A stretch of 64,000 nt of DNA from Obrimoposthia wandeli (lineage: Eukaryota), in contig CDROCS010005958.1 in NCBI GenBank assembly GCA_977020255.1, positions 1 to 64,000 of the forward strand, read 5' to 3'. Within the stretch, counting starts at the first letter, position 1; the number at the start of each line of letters is the position of its first letter. A program made the translations under genes and the position numbers. Shown here piece by piece: positions 1-9,409 of the stretch. A model generated the notes under the pieces. That model worked only from the letters and a program-made list of their open reading frames with translations. It ran no database searches and was not told the DNA's origin.

Positions 1-1
1 A

Positions 2-1204
2 GTTGATAGAGATGCGCTATTAGAATGCGAGTCTGATTCTTATCACAGTGCGGGTACTTGTACTTTTTACGGCACTGCTAATAGTAATCAATTGATTGTT
101 GAACTGATGGGTTTGCATTTACCTGGCTCATCATTCATTAACCCAAATACTGAAATGCGTGACGCTTTGACGAGTGAAGCGTGCAAGCGATTAATCAAAC
201 TTACCTCTCAAAATGGTGAGTTTACCCCGCTATACAAAATTGTGACCGAGTATTCAATTGTTAATGCGATGGTCGCATTACTTGCAACAGGTGGCTCAAC
301 CAACCATACAATGCATATTATTGCGATTGCACGCGCAGCAGGCATTATAATAGATTGGGATGATTTTTCGGACCTCTCTGCCATCACCCCATTACTCACT
401 AAAATATACCCTAATGGCCAAGCTGATATTAATCATTTTCAAGCGGCTGGGGGGACATCATACTTAATTAGAACATTAGTGGATGCAGGCTTGATGCATG
501 AAAACGTTACCACAGTTATGGGTGAAGGGTTGTCGCACTACATGCAAGAACCCTTTATGGAGCAAGGTAAAATAGTGTGGCGTGAGGGGCCCAAATCAAG
601 TTTAGATCCTCAGGTATTAACAGATTATACGCAGCCGTTTAGTAAAGAAGGCGGGGTGAAGCTATTAAAAGGTAATTTGGGTCGAGCTGTGATAAAAGTA
701 TCAGCGGTAAATATTGAGCACCAAGTCGTTACAGCACCTGCTATCGTGTTTGATGATCAAAACCAAATTGCTGATAAATTTAATGCGGGCGAATTAAACA
801 AAGATTTTATCGCGGTTGTGCGTTTTCAAGGACCTAAAGCGAATGGCATGCCAGAGCTGCATAAACTGACTCCGTTTTTAGGCTCTTTACAAGATAAAGG
901 CTTTAAAGTTGCACTGGTTACTGATGGCCGTATGTCAGGTGCCTCGGGTAAAGTACCCGCTGCGATTCACTTGTGGCCAGAGGCTTGTGAAGGTGGTGCT
1001 ATCGCTAAAATAAAGGACGGTGATGTGATCTCTGTCAATGCAATAACGGGCGAGCTAATACTAGCAGTAGATGATCAAGAGCTAACCCGCAGAACCGCTG
1101 CCAAGTTGGATCCGTTAAAAAATATTACAGGTATGGGTAGAGAGCTGTTCTCGCCAATGCGTGCTCAAGTGAATTGTGCTGAATTAGGCGCCAGTGTTTT
1201 TTAA
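2..1204 (+). CDS. edd: Phosphogluconate dehydratase (Entner-Doudoroff), 5'-truncated by the window edge
   Basis: Frame is open from base 2 ([31 protein letters not shown]) into the 92..1204 ORF. IlvD/Edd motifs [21 protein letters not shown] and [18 protein letters not shown] are present; glk follows. Confidence 0.95.
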   Translation, partial: VDRDALLECESDSYHSAGTCTFYGTANSNQLIVELMGLHLPGSSFINPNTEMRDALTSEACKRLIKLTSQNGEFTPLYKIVTEYSIVNAMVALLATGGSTNHTMHIIAIARAAGIIIDWDDFSDLSAITPLLTKIYPNGQADINHFQAAGGTSYLIRTLVDAGLMHENVTTVMGEGLSHYMQEPFMEQGKIVWREGPKSSLDPQVLTDYTQPFSKEGGVKLLKGNLGRAVIKVSAVNIEHQVVTAPAIVFDDQNQIADKFNAGELNKDFIAVVRFQGPKANGMPELHKLTPFLGSLQDKGFKVALVTDGRMSGASGKVPAAIHLWPEACEGGAIAKIKDGDVISVNAITGELILAVDDQELTRRTAAKLDPLKNITGMGRELFSPMRAQVNCAELGASVF

Positions 1205-1395
1205 ATCATTATTGTCCGATTAAAAACGAAGGTTCTCTAACTTGTTGATTGCTATTTTTTTGTTGTAGATTAAAGTTGGCTTTGCAACTAAGCTGCTTGT
1301 CTACAACGTAGAATCAATTAGTTAAAAAGTAACAAAACTAAACCGGACAGCAATGTTTTTAAAGGTTATCGTGGCTTTAATTTTAACTATAAAAG

Positions 1396-2406
1396 TTGTT
1401 ATCAACAAAGGAATTGAATTTGGGTTTTTATGCACTTGTAGGTGACATTGGAGGGACTAACGCTCGTTTTGCATTAGTAAAAAAAGGGAGTGTACAGCTG
1501 CATCATATAGAAGTCTTAAGTTGTAAAGATTACGCTAACTTTGATGATGCAGTAACACGTTATTACCAGATATGTGGCCAATCAACGGTTGATATAGCGT
1601 GTATATCTTTTGCCTGCCCGATCGAAAAAGAGATAAAAATGACCAATAATCATTGGTCATTCAATGTTGAGCAAATGCAACAGAAACTGAGTTTAAAACA
1701 GTTTGTGTTATTGAATGATTTCACCGCAATGGCCTATGGTACTTTGTTCATTAAAGAGAATGAGAAAATACAAGTACAAGCGGGTGCAAGCCAATATACA
1801 AATGCTCCACGTTTAGTGATAGGCCCAGGAACAGGGCTAGGAGTCTCTAGCCTAATACCAACGGGTAATGGTTTATCACAGAGCGAAACTCACAGTGCAT
1901 GGCAAGCAATTGCTACTGAGGGTGGGCATATTAGTTTTGCTCCCCAAAATGAATTAGAAATGCAAGTACTGAGCCGACTACAGGCAAAGTATCAGCGGGT
2001 ATCAGTGGAGCGACTGCTGTGCGGGGATGGGATTTTAGCGCTTTATCAAGCGTTGTGTGACATTGAGCAAAGGTCTGCTGTGTATGCTAATGCTGCACAA
2101 ATAACCGATGCTGCATTGGTTCTTGATCAAGCAGCTGACCGATTAGCAATGCAAACATTACACTTATTTTGTAAGGTATTAGGTGCTGTCACTGGTGATA
2201 TAGTCTTGGCCCAAGGTGCGCGTGGTGGTGTTTATTTATGCGGAGGGATTTTACCGCGCATTCAGAGTTTTTTCCTTCACAGCCAGTTTGCTCAGCAAAT
2301 GTGTAACAAAGGCAGAATGAGTGATTATTTATCGGATGTGCCGGTGTGGCTATGTGATGCAAAATACCCCGGTTTATTAGGCGCTGCAGCTGCTTTAAAA
2401 TTATAA
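1396..2406 (+). CDS. glk: Glucokinase
   Basis: GDIGGTNARFAL, LLNDFTAMA, GPGTGLGV, EGGH and GGVYLCGGI motifs; directly downstream of edd. Confidence 0.93.
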   Translation: MLSTKELNLGFYALVGDIGGTNARFALVKKGSVQLHHIEVLSCKDYANFDDAVTRYYQICGQSTVDIACISFACPIEKEIKMTNNHWSFNVEQMQQKLSLKQFVLLNDFTAMAYGTLFIKENEKIQVQAGASQYTNAPRLVIGPGTGLGVSSLIPTGNGLSQSETHSAWQAIATEGGHISFAPQNELEMQVLSRLQAKYQRVSVERLLCGDGILALYQALCDIEQRSAVYANAAQITDAALVLDQAADRLAMQTLHLFCKVLGAVTGDIVLAQGARGGVYLCGGILPRIQSFFLHSQFAQQMCNKGRMSDYLSDVPVWLCDAKYPGLLGAAAALKL

Positions 2407-2470
2407 ATACAGTGTCAATAGTGCGTTATTATTTGGTTCAGTAGCAATAACAAAATGAGTGCACAGTTAA

Positions 2471-3391
2471 ATGAGTGATAAAGTAGAAAATAACAGCGCT
2501 GATTTATTAAGTTTTTCCCAAGGTATTCATGAAATACAGTGGTTAAACAGAGATGTTTGGCTTATAAATAAGAGTTGGGGGCAGTTAATAGTCGCTAAAC
2601 TCGGTGCTCAAATACTGCACTATTTACCAAAAAATCAACAGAGTGTTTTTTGGGTAAATACTCCCGCTGCTTCATCAGATACTGAAGCGGTTCGCGGCGG
2701 AGTACCGCTGTGCTGGCCGTGGTTTGGAGTACATGAAAACGATTCGACTAAAGCTAACCATGGCGTTGCTAGAACCGCAATGTGGGAGCTAGATTCAGTT
2801 AAGTTAGAATCCGAATTAGAATCTCAATTATCATCTAAACAAGATAATTCAATTTTAACCTTCAAGCCCGTCGCTAATATTTACGAGCCGTTTGATATAG
2901 CTTTTGTAATAGTGATTGGAGAAAATTATTTATCGATGAAAATTTGTACTGAAAATAGAAGTGATAAAGCTCAGTCTTTAACACAGGCGATTCATAGTTA
3001 TTTCAGAGTGAGTAATAGTGAAGAGATTGTGGTTAAAGGGCTTAAAAACTGCGAACATTTAGATAAACTTGAAGATAACAAATTGAAAAAGCAGCATCTA
3101 GAACTCAATAATATTGATGCTATTGACAGTGTTTTTAAGCATAGCGCAGATGTCGTAATAATAGATCACGGGCTTTCTAGGCAAATTCACATCACCAAAG
3201 CCGGTAGTGGCTCAACCGTCGTTTGGAACCCAGGCTCAGCTGCGCATAAATACGCAATTACGACAGGGCAAACGCACTTTATTTGTATAGAGGCTGCTAA
3301 CACACAACATGAAGCGCTATTTTTAGCGCCGGTACAAAAGGTAGAATTATTACAAAGCGTCCAGTTACATTCAATAGACGCTTTACTCTAG
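2471..3391 (+). CDS. D-hexose-6-phosphate mutarotase (aldose 1-epimerase family)
   Basis: RGGVPLCWPWFG, HGVART, HSYF, VVWNPG and FICIEAAN motifs; sugar-catabolism context. Confidence 0.88.
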   Translation: MSDKVENNSADLLSFSQGIHEIQWLNRDVWLINKSWGQLIVAKLGAQILHYLPKNQQSVFWVNTPAASSDTEAVRGGVPLCWPWFGVHENDSTKANHGVARTAMWELDSVKLESELESQLSSKQDNSILTFKPVANIYEPFDIAFVIVIGENYLSMKICTENRSDKAQSLTQAIHSYFRVSNSEEIVVKGLKNCEHLDKLEDNKLKKQHLELNNIDAIDSVFKHSADVVIIDHGLSRQIHITKAGSGSTVVWNPGSAAHKYAITTGQTHFICIEAANTQHEALFLAPVQKVELLQSVQLHSIDALL

Positions 3392-3469
3392 GGTCTTAGT
3401 ATAATATCTCATCTACAAATTATAATTAATTAGTCTGAATTAATAAATTTGAGTTAGTTAATAGTAGAA

Positions 3470-3491
3470 ACCTCTGTTTAAGGTCAGAGGT
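3470..3491. terminator. Probable bidirectional terminator hairpin
   Basis: ACCTCTG-tttaaggt-CAGAGGT between two convergent genes. Confidence 0.5.
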
Positions 3492-3510
3492 GTGGCTTAA
3501 CTCATTTTGA

Positions 3511-4164
3511 TTAAAAGCATTGATTCTGTTCTTTGTTAGTCATCTTGGTAATAAAGCGTTTGTGTACCCAGCCAATGACAGATTGATGCTTAATTTCGCA
3601 CCATTTACCTTTACAGCGATACCGTTTCAGACATTTACCATTATAAGGCGCTGCGCCCATTTTTTTGCTTTTATAGCTGGTGGTTTGACGAATATTTAAG
3701 CTATCGTTGGCTTTAACATTGACAATTTTCACCCACGAAAAATTAGGGTTTACAGCAGGCTTTTTATCAGTTGTTTTATTGGTAGTGCTAGCAACTGCAT
3801 TACAGCTGTTTGTATTTGTTTGCTTAGTAGAGAGTTGGCCTATAAGAGGTTCGCTGACTACATATTTTTTGTTCTTGATATCTACTAAGCATATCCCATC
3901 GTTACAACTATAGAGTTTTATACAGCTTGTGGAAGGTGAGACTAAGTATTTTGGCTGTTTTGTTTTAGGTAATATTTGCAAAGCGGGTATGGATTTTTGA
4001 CTGCTATTAGTAATGTAAGAGGTGGCATTTGAGCGGTCAGCTTCGTCGAATATTGCCTGTACTTCGGCTTCGTTCAAATTAGTGAAAAAGTTAGCGGCTA
4101 AAAGTTGAGTACTTGATAATACAAGCAAAGATATTAGTGTTATTGATTTGATGAGTTGAATCAT
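3511..4164 (-). CDS. Secreted protein with C-terminal bacterial SH3-like domain
   Basis: N-terminal signal-peptide-like segment; C-terminal VVNVKANDSLNIRQ-type...WCEIKHQSVIGWVHKRFI pattern typical of SH3b domains. Confidence 0.65.
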   Translation of the reverse strand: MIQLIKSITLISLLVLSSTQLLAANFFTNLNEAEVQAIFDEADRSNATSYITNSSQKSIPALQILPKTKQPKYLVSPSTSCIKLYSCNDGICLVDIKNKKYVVSEPLIGQLSTKQTNTNSCNAVASTTNKTTDKKPAVNPNFSWVKIVNVKANDSLNIRQTTSYKSKKMGAAPYNGKCLKRYRCKGKWCEIKHQSVIGWVHKRFITKMTNKEQNQCF

Positions 4165-4318
4165 TTAAATACCTTTCGTATTAAGTTCTTTGTGTAAAAG
4201 TAGTGACACGCTCTAGTATAAAGATTTTCCGGAATAAAGCGCTCAATTAGTTTGAAAATATTATCACATTTTCTATATTAAACTATTAATAAGAAACAGT
4301 TATATTAGGAGGTTAGGC

Positions 4319-4801
4319 TTAGTATATGCCAAAATCTAACCCACATGCTACGCTTTGACCCAGTTGATTACACTCTTGTAAAAAGCCATTTTGCCACTGG
4401 CCTTTACATATAACTTTGGGTTGAACCTGTTTCCATTTTAGACCTTTACAAATACTTTGAATGGCAATATCAGTACCTGTGCCATCGTGACCAGCTCTGA
4501 TGTAATAGCTAAAAGCGAGTCCCTGTTTTTTTTCTAAGCAAGGGTAGTAAATTCGGTCAAAAAAATCTTTTAAAGCGCCGCTCATGTAACCTAAATTTTC
4601 TGTTGTGCCAAGAATGATCGCATCGCAGTTTAATACATCATCCGCAATTGCTTTTAATGGTTCTATCCAAGTTACCGTTATGCTCTGCTGTTCATCTTCG
4701 TTTATCAGCATTGCGCCAGCAATAACTTGCTGTACCATTTCATAGGTATTTTGCGAGGGCGCATGAGCAATTATGAGCAGCTTTTTCATTTTAACAATCA
4801 C
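4319..4801 (-). CDS. Flavodoxin-family protein (likely start 4789)
   Basis: LLIIAHAPSQNT, DAIILGTTENLGYMSGALKDFFDR and IRAGHDGTG flavodoxin-like motifs. Confidence 0.8.
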   Translation of the reverse strand: MIVKMKKLLIIAHAPSQNTYEMVQQVIAGAMLINEDEQQSITVTWIEPLKAIADDVLNCDAIILGTTENLGYMSGALKDFFDRIYYPCLEKKQGLAFSYYIRAGHDGTGTDIAIQSICKGLKWKQVQPKVICKGQWQNGFLQECNQLGQSVACGLDFGIY

Positions 4802-4864
4802 CTAAAAGAAGCAGGGTACTCATTAAAGCTTACCCTGCTAGTCGCTAAAAACTATTATTGTAAT

Positions 4865-5131
4865 TTATGCCTTTTTCAAAGGGTGGTCAGCAGGGAGCTG
4901 TTTTTCTATCCAAAGTGCAAGTTTATGTTTCATGCCGTTACCGTCTTCTTTATCTGCTGGGAGTGGGACGATGAGTTTATCTTGTACTAATAACCTATAA
5001 ATAGCTTCAACCTTAATACTCAAAGAGTCAGATGGGTCAAACTTACCTGCGCCGCGTTGCTGGATATAAACAGTGCCAACGCGTATTGCTTCTTTTAATA
5101 GCGGCGCATCTTGTTTTAACTGAGACTTCAT
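4865..5131 (-). CDS. Small conserved hypothetical protein (DUF5062-like)
   Basis: ATG at 5131 gives 88 aa (MKSQLKQDAPLLKEAIRVG...YRLLVQDKLIVPLP...MKHKLALWI), resembling DUF5062 proteins from memory. Confidence 0.6.
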   Translation of the reverse strand: MKSQLKQDAPLLKEAIRVGTVYIQQRGAGKFDPSDSLSIKVEAIYRLLVQDKLIVPLPADKEDGNGMKHKLALWIEKQLPADHPLKKA

Positions 5132-5301
5132 AACATTCCTTAAACAGTGTAGCGGTTTATTATCATATAAATTAATAGGAGGCGAGCTAAGCACTGATCA
5201 TTAACACAAAGAGGATAATACTCAAAACTTTAGCTTATTTTGGTTACAATCCATCTCGCCTATAAGGCTCCTAGTAATTTATTTTTATTGGAACATAAAG
5301 T

Positions 5302-5931
5302 ATGCACTATAGAATAATCCCTGTAACCGCTTTTTCTCAAAACTGTACAGTGTTTTGGTGCGATAAAACCAAAATGGCTGCTGTGGTAGACCCCGGTGGC
5401 GATGTAAATGAGATAATTAGCTTTTTAGACGCGCAGCAATTGACCCTTGAAAAAATATTACTCACCCATGGTCATCTAGATCACGTGGGTGGCACTGCTG
5501 AATTAATCGCAAAGTTTAATGTACCAGTAGAGGGGCCGCATATAGCGGATAGTTTTTGGATTGAAGCATTAAGTGAACAATGCAAAATGTTTGGTTTTGA
5601 GCAAGTAGATAACTTTACTCCTACAAGGTGGTTAAAAGAAGGTGATAGCATTTGTTTTGGGGAACAAGTATTAGAAGTACTCCACTGTCCTGGCCATACC
5701 CCTGGACATGTTGTGCTATATCATCGAAAAAGTAAGTTAGTACAAGTGGGAGATGTGCTTTTTAACGGCTCTATTGGGCGTACGGACTTTGCTCAAGGAA
5801 ACCATCAGCAGCTTATCGATTCAATTAAGAATAAACTATTACTACTAGGTGATGATGTTGAGTTTATTCCAGGTCACGGCCCTATGTCTACTCTTGGGCA
5901 TGAGCGAAAAACCAATACCCATTTGCAGTAA
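5302..5931 (+). CDS. MBL-fold metallo-hydrolase (YcbL/GloC-like)
   Basis: [30 protein letters not shown] and PGHG metal-binding motifs. Confidence 0.9.
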   Translation: MHYRIIPVTAFSQNCTVFWCDKTKMAAVVDPGGDVNEIISFLDAQQLTLEKILLTHGHLDHVGGTAELIAKFNVPVEGPHIADSFWIEALSEQCKMFGFEQVDNFTPTRWLKEGDSICFGEQVLEVLHCPGHTPGHVVLYHRKSKLVQVGDVLFNGSIGRTDFAQGNHQQLIDSIKNKLLLLGDDVEFIPGHGPMSTLGHERKTNTHLQ

Positions 5932-5973
5932 ACTTTAAGGCTTGCAGGCTTTGATATGTAAATTATTGTGCAC

Positions 5974-6000
5974 GGGTTTCACTAAAGCTTAGTGAGACCC
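5974..6000. terminator. Bidirectional intrinsic terminator
   Basis: GGGTTTCACTAA-agc-TTAGTGAGACCC, a 12-bp stem with one G-U pair, followed by CTTTT, between convergent genes. Confidence 0.65.
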
Positions 6001-6022
6001 CTTTTAAAATAAATTGCAGTGT

Positions 6023-6625
6023 TTATTTATCATCGTCAATCAGTTGTAGGTTAAGGGTGGTTAAAAGGTCTTTAAATGTAACCACAGAGCCATCAGCTGG
6101 TTGTTTCATTTGCCCTAAATGTTGTAGCTGAACGTATCCTTGAATAAGAGACCAAATAGCGTATTGAGTAGCCAAAGGGCCTGCATTTGAATGCTTAAAA
6201 GGTGCGCAGGTATTAACTAATATTTGAAACGCAGGGCTACTTGAGCGCCCTTCTACAGACGGACTGATATTATCATCGCTTTGGTTAAACATTAAATTAG
6301 CTAACGCTCGGTTATGCTGGTGGAATGCTAAATAGCCTTTACACATAGCGTGTAATTTATCAAAAGGCTTATCTAAAACAAGATCAATTTCATCTTGCAT
6401 TGCCTTAGCAAACATTGACATTCCGCGTTGTGCAATTGCTTGAACGAGTCCTTTTAATCCTGAAAAGTGGTGTGCCGGTGCAGCGTGAGATACGCCTGCT
6501 TTAGCTGCGCACTTTCGTAAAGTGAGTGCATCTAGTCCGCCGTCATTGAGTAACTCAATTCCAGCTAAAATCAGTGCTTCTCTTAAATCTCCGTGATGAT
6601 GTGCTTTTGTCATGTTGGTGTCCAA
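6023..6625 (-). CDS. TetR/AcrR family regulator (likely start 6613)
   Basis: HHGDLREALI...LTLRKCAAKAGVSHAAPAHHF helix-turn-helix. Confidence 0.9.
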   Translation of the reverse strand: MDTNMTKAHHHGDLREALILAGIELLNDGGLDALTLRKCAAKAGVSHAAPAHHFSGLKGLVQAIAQRGMSMFAKAMQDEIDLVLDKPFDKLHAMCKGYLAFHQHNRALANLMFNQSDDNISPSVEGRSSSPAFQILVNTCAPFKHSNAGPLATQYAIWSLIQGYVQLQHLGQMKQPADGSVVTFKDLLTTLNLQLIDDDK

Positions 6626-6742
6626 GCTATTACTGTTTGCAAAGGTATTAAATACTGACTGTGATTCTTTTTCAAATAAATTGTGTGATCTACATTAATA
6701 CCCGAGATGACCCCTGCGGCTAATGATTAAAAAAACAACCGA

Positions 6743-6793
6743 CTTGACAGTGTAAAGTTTATTGTGTTTGAATGCTATCTTTACAATGTAAAG
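6743..6793. promoter_or_regulatory. Two palindromic operators, probably bound by the adjacent TetR
   Basis: CTTGACA-G-TGTAAAG (6743-6757, contains TTGACA) and the perfect CTTTACA-A-TGTAAAG (6779-6793) lie between the divergent tetR and DUF2306 genes. Confidence 0.7.
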
Positions 6794-6889
6794 TTTGATT
6801 TGGTCGAGTTGAGTTTAAATACAGCTTTAAATTCACATCGCCCATAGCATTTATCATTGATGGAATGAATGACTAAATAGGAGATAGAT

Positions 6890-7528
6890 ATGTACCATAA
6901 AAAATGGCGTTCAATAAGTTGGATAATGATGTGTTTTTTCGTGATAATCCTTTGCCTCTATTCAAGTGCTTATTTTATACCCTCAATGCCTTATGGTTTC
7001 AGGCCTGATGTTTATCCACAGAGTCCATTGACGATCTTTTTGATTTTGCATATTGCAGGAGCTATTGTTGCAGCACTTGCAGGGCCGCTGCAGTTTTGGA
7101 GTAAGTTTCGAAATCAAAGCAAGAAAGCGCATCGTGTACTTGGATTTTGTTATTTGACAGGTGTAACAGTGGGGGCTATTTCTGCTCTGATTATTTCGCC
7201 TATCGCTCAAGGTGGGTTAACGACGCAGGTAGGTTTTACCATTTTAGCGGTTCTTTGGATCAGTGCTACAGCCACTGCTTTTTATAAAATATATAAGAAA
7301 GATTGGCAAGCGCACCAGCAGTGGATGATTCGCTCTTACGCATTAACTCTCGCTTTCGTAACATTGAGAGTCTGGTTGGGAGGGTTGGCTTTAACAGGGG
7401 CACCGTTTAATGAAGTGTACCAAACCGTCGCTTGGCTTTGTTGGGTGCCCAATGTAATAATCGTTGAGTTGTATTTAGGGGTAAATACACGAGCCTTTAC
7501 GTCCAACGCACCCTTGAACGTCGTTTAA
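6890..7528 (+). CDS. DUF2306-like membrane protein
   Basis: Several TM segments with LHIAGA, HRVLGFCY and HQQWMIRSYALT, the conserved His motifs of DUF2306. Confidence 0.78.
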   Translation: MYHKKWRSISWIMMCFFVIILCLYSSAYFIPSMPYGFRPDVYPQSPLTIFLILHIAGAIVAALAGPLQFWSKFRNQSKKAHRVLGFCYLTGVTVGAISALIISPIAQGGLTTQVGFTILAVLWISATATAFYKIYKKDWQAHQQWMIRSYALTLAFVTLRVWLGGLALTGAPFNEVYQTVAWLCWVPNVIIVELYLGVNTRAFTSNAPLNVV

Positions 7529-7539
7529 TAGAATGGGGG

Positions 7540-8229
7540 CTAGTTAATATTCTCATCTTTTAAAAGTAACTTGCTAGGGCTAAGCAAATGTTGGCAAATA
7601 AGCTGGCTTGCCAGTGCAATATCTCTTTTGAGCAGAGCGTTAATTAGCGTGTTGTGCTCTGTTTGATTTACTTCAAATGTACTGGGGTTAGCCATGTTTT
7701 TATTTAACCACAAGTTGCGATATCTAGAGGCTTTTTCATATAACGAGCGCCTTACTGATAACAGAGTTGGGGATTGGCAACCTAATGCTATTGCAGTATG
7801 AAAATTTTGGTGTCTAAGTTCCCACTCTTGCGGGTCAGTTTCAATTTGATCCGCAAATTTATTCATTTTATGAGCAGCCGCTAAGATATTTGCTTCCCAT
7901 TCATCGTCACCGCGTTGCATGGCTAGCTCAACACAAAGCTTTTCAATTTGCGCTCTGGTTTCGTAAATGTCTAGCATTTCCTGCTGGGAAATAGGATGTA
8001 CTTTAAAACCTCTCTGGTTTTCAACCACTACTAATTGCTCAACCAATAACTGAGATAACGCTTCGCGTAACGGGCTAATACCTACCTGGTATCGCTCTTT
8101 TAGGCGAGTCATTAATAGCTTTTCTCCGGGTTGAAAAAAGCCACTTAAAATATCTTGTTTGAGTTGATGCATTACTTGAGATGCGAAGTTATCACTTACA
8201 TCTGATACATTTCGATCATTTAGAGGCAT
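7540..8229 (-). CDS. GntR/FCD family regulator (CsiR/GlaR-like)
   Basis: LKQDILSGFFQPGEKL...VGISPLREALSQL...NQRGFKV winged HTH followed by an FCD domain. Confidence 0.88.
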   Translation of the reverse strand: MPLNDRNVSDVSDNFASQVMHQLKQDILSGFFQPGEKLLMTRLKERYQVGISPLREALSQLLVEQLVVVENQRGFKVHPISQQEMLDIYETRAQIEKLCVELAMQRGDDEWEANILAAAHKMNKFADQIETDPQEWELRHQNFHTAIALGCQSPTLLSVRRSLYEKASRYRNLWLNKNMANPSTFEVNQTEHNTLINALLKRDIALASQLICQHLLSPSKLLLKDENIN

Positions 8230-8386
8230 AAAAACCTAACGTTAGCTTTAAAAACAAAGCAGGTAGTTTAACCTAGATTGGCTGAATGGGCATACCTTCA
8301 CTTGAGAAATATACTCTAAGCAAAGGAAGCAGCAGGTTTTGGGGGATGAAGGGGGAAGCAAATAGAGATACAAGAGTGCTATCGAC

Positions 8387-8629
8387 TTAAATTATTTTAA
8401 GAAAGCTTTTAAAGAACAAATTAATTTTGATGTTTGGCGGTAATAGAAATTCTACGATAGTCAGTACTAAAACAGCAAAAAGGTTTATGCCACTTAGCAC
8501 GATGCAAACGGTTGCAGTGGTACTCATTAGCTGTACATCACTGGCACTCCATAGATACATAGAAAGGCTCAGGTGAATCCCCATACTTATCATTAATAAT
8601 AAATTGAAATAAGATTTTTCTTCTTTCAT
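8387..8629 (-). CDS. Small hypothetical membrane protein (two TM segments)
   Basis: 80-aa ORF with AAGGAAG RBS just upstream and two hydrophobic stretches; no family recognised. Confidence 0.5.
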   Translation of the reverse strand: MKEEKSYFNLLLMISMGIHLSLSMYLWSASDVQLMSTTATVCIVLSGINLFAVLVLTIVEFLLPPNIKINLFFKSFLKII

Positions 8630-8804
8630 ATGTCTTCCTTGATCATACTTAGTGGTGTTTCAGCACTGCGCTTAATTTATCTAGTATTCCGCGCTCTGAT
8701 ACTACTCTTGAGTGTAGTGCATTTAATATAGATAAAATAAATTTTGGAAAGAATAGTCATAATTCCTAGATAACTATGATGAGTAAATTCAGTAGCTTAA
8801 CTAA

Positions 8805-8961
8805 TGCCCATCCAGAAACGGGGCCGTTGCGAGGCTGATCCAATGGGTCGAGATGGGTGTGACTAGATGTGGGCGTTTGGTTATTCCAAACAACTACATC
8901 TAGTAACGATCAGATCAATCCAGTGGGACAGCTGCAGTAGGCAACTGTTTCAGGATGGGCA
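8805..8961. mobile_element. 157-bp non-autonomous MITE-like palindromic element
   Basis: Ends TGCCCATCCAGAAAC and GTTTCAGGATGGGCA form a 15-bp TIR with 1 mismatch (TG...CA). CTAA direct repeat at 8801-8804 and 8962-8965. Nested internal hairpin. One end recurs at 52853. Confidence 0.6.
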
Positions 8962-9205
8962 CTAACTAGATGTTGAATGAGAATTGAATGGATTTGTATC
9001 GTTTGTTTACGATTTACAATAGAGCTTCGTTCTGTTTAGCGCAACGTGGTTGATTATTTTTTTAATTTCAAAAGATCCCAATACAACATAACGAACGCTA
9101 TATTATCAAGCGCAGTAGTTCTACCGAGATCTCTTTACAGCACTATAATTTGGAGATCATGATGACCTCCAACAATAGTAATTAGATTACAAATGAGAAA
9201 GCTAG

Positions 9206-9409
9206 TTAAGAGGAGCGCGCTCGAATTTTGCTTACCACTTCTCCGGCTATCCCCCAGTTATCAGTATTTATTTCGTCAATCACGACTACGGTTGTCGCTG
9301 GATTTTTATCTAATACATCAACAAGCAGTTGGGTCGCTCCTTTTATTAAATCTGCTTTTTGTTGAGCAGTGACATTCTCATCGGTAATTTTGATATTTAC
9401 GTAAGGCAT
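9206..9409 (-). CDS. 4-oxalocrotonate tautomerase family protein
   Basis: ATG at 9409 overlaps the upstream stop (TAATG) and gives the catalytic Pro-1 (MPYVNIK...VVIDEINTDNWGIAG). Confidence 0.88.
   Translation of the reverse strand: MPYVNIKITDENVTAQQKADLIKGATQLLVDVLDKNPATTVVVIDEINTDNWGIAGEVVSKIRARSS

Noticed and set aside
8795-8978. Integron attC site or retron msr-msd
   Set aside because: GCTTAAC and GTTGAAT fit the RYYYAAC/GTTRRRY patterns but are not complementary to each other. There is no integrase, cassette array or reverse transcriptase nearby. The TIR plus direct repeat explains the region better.
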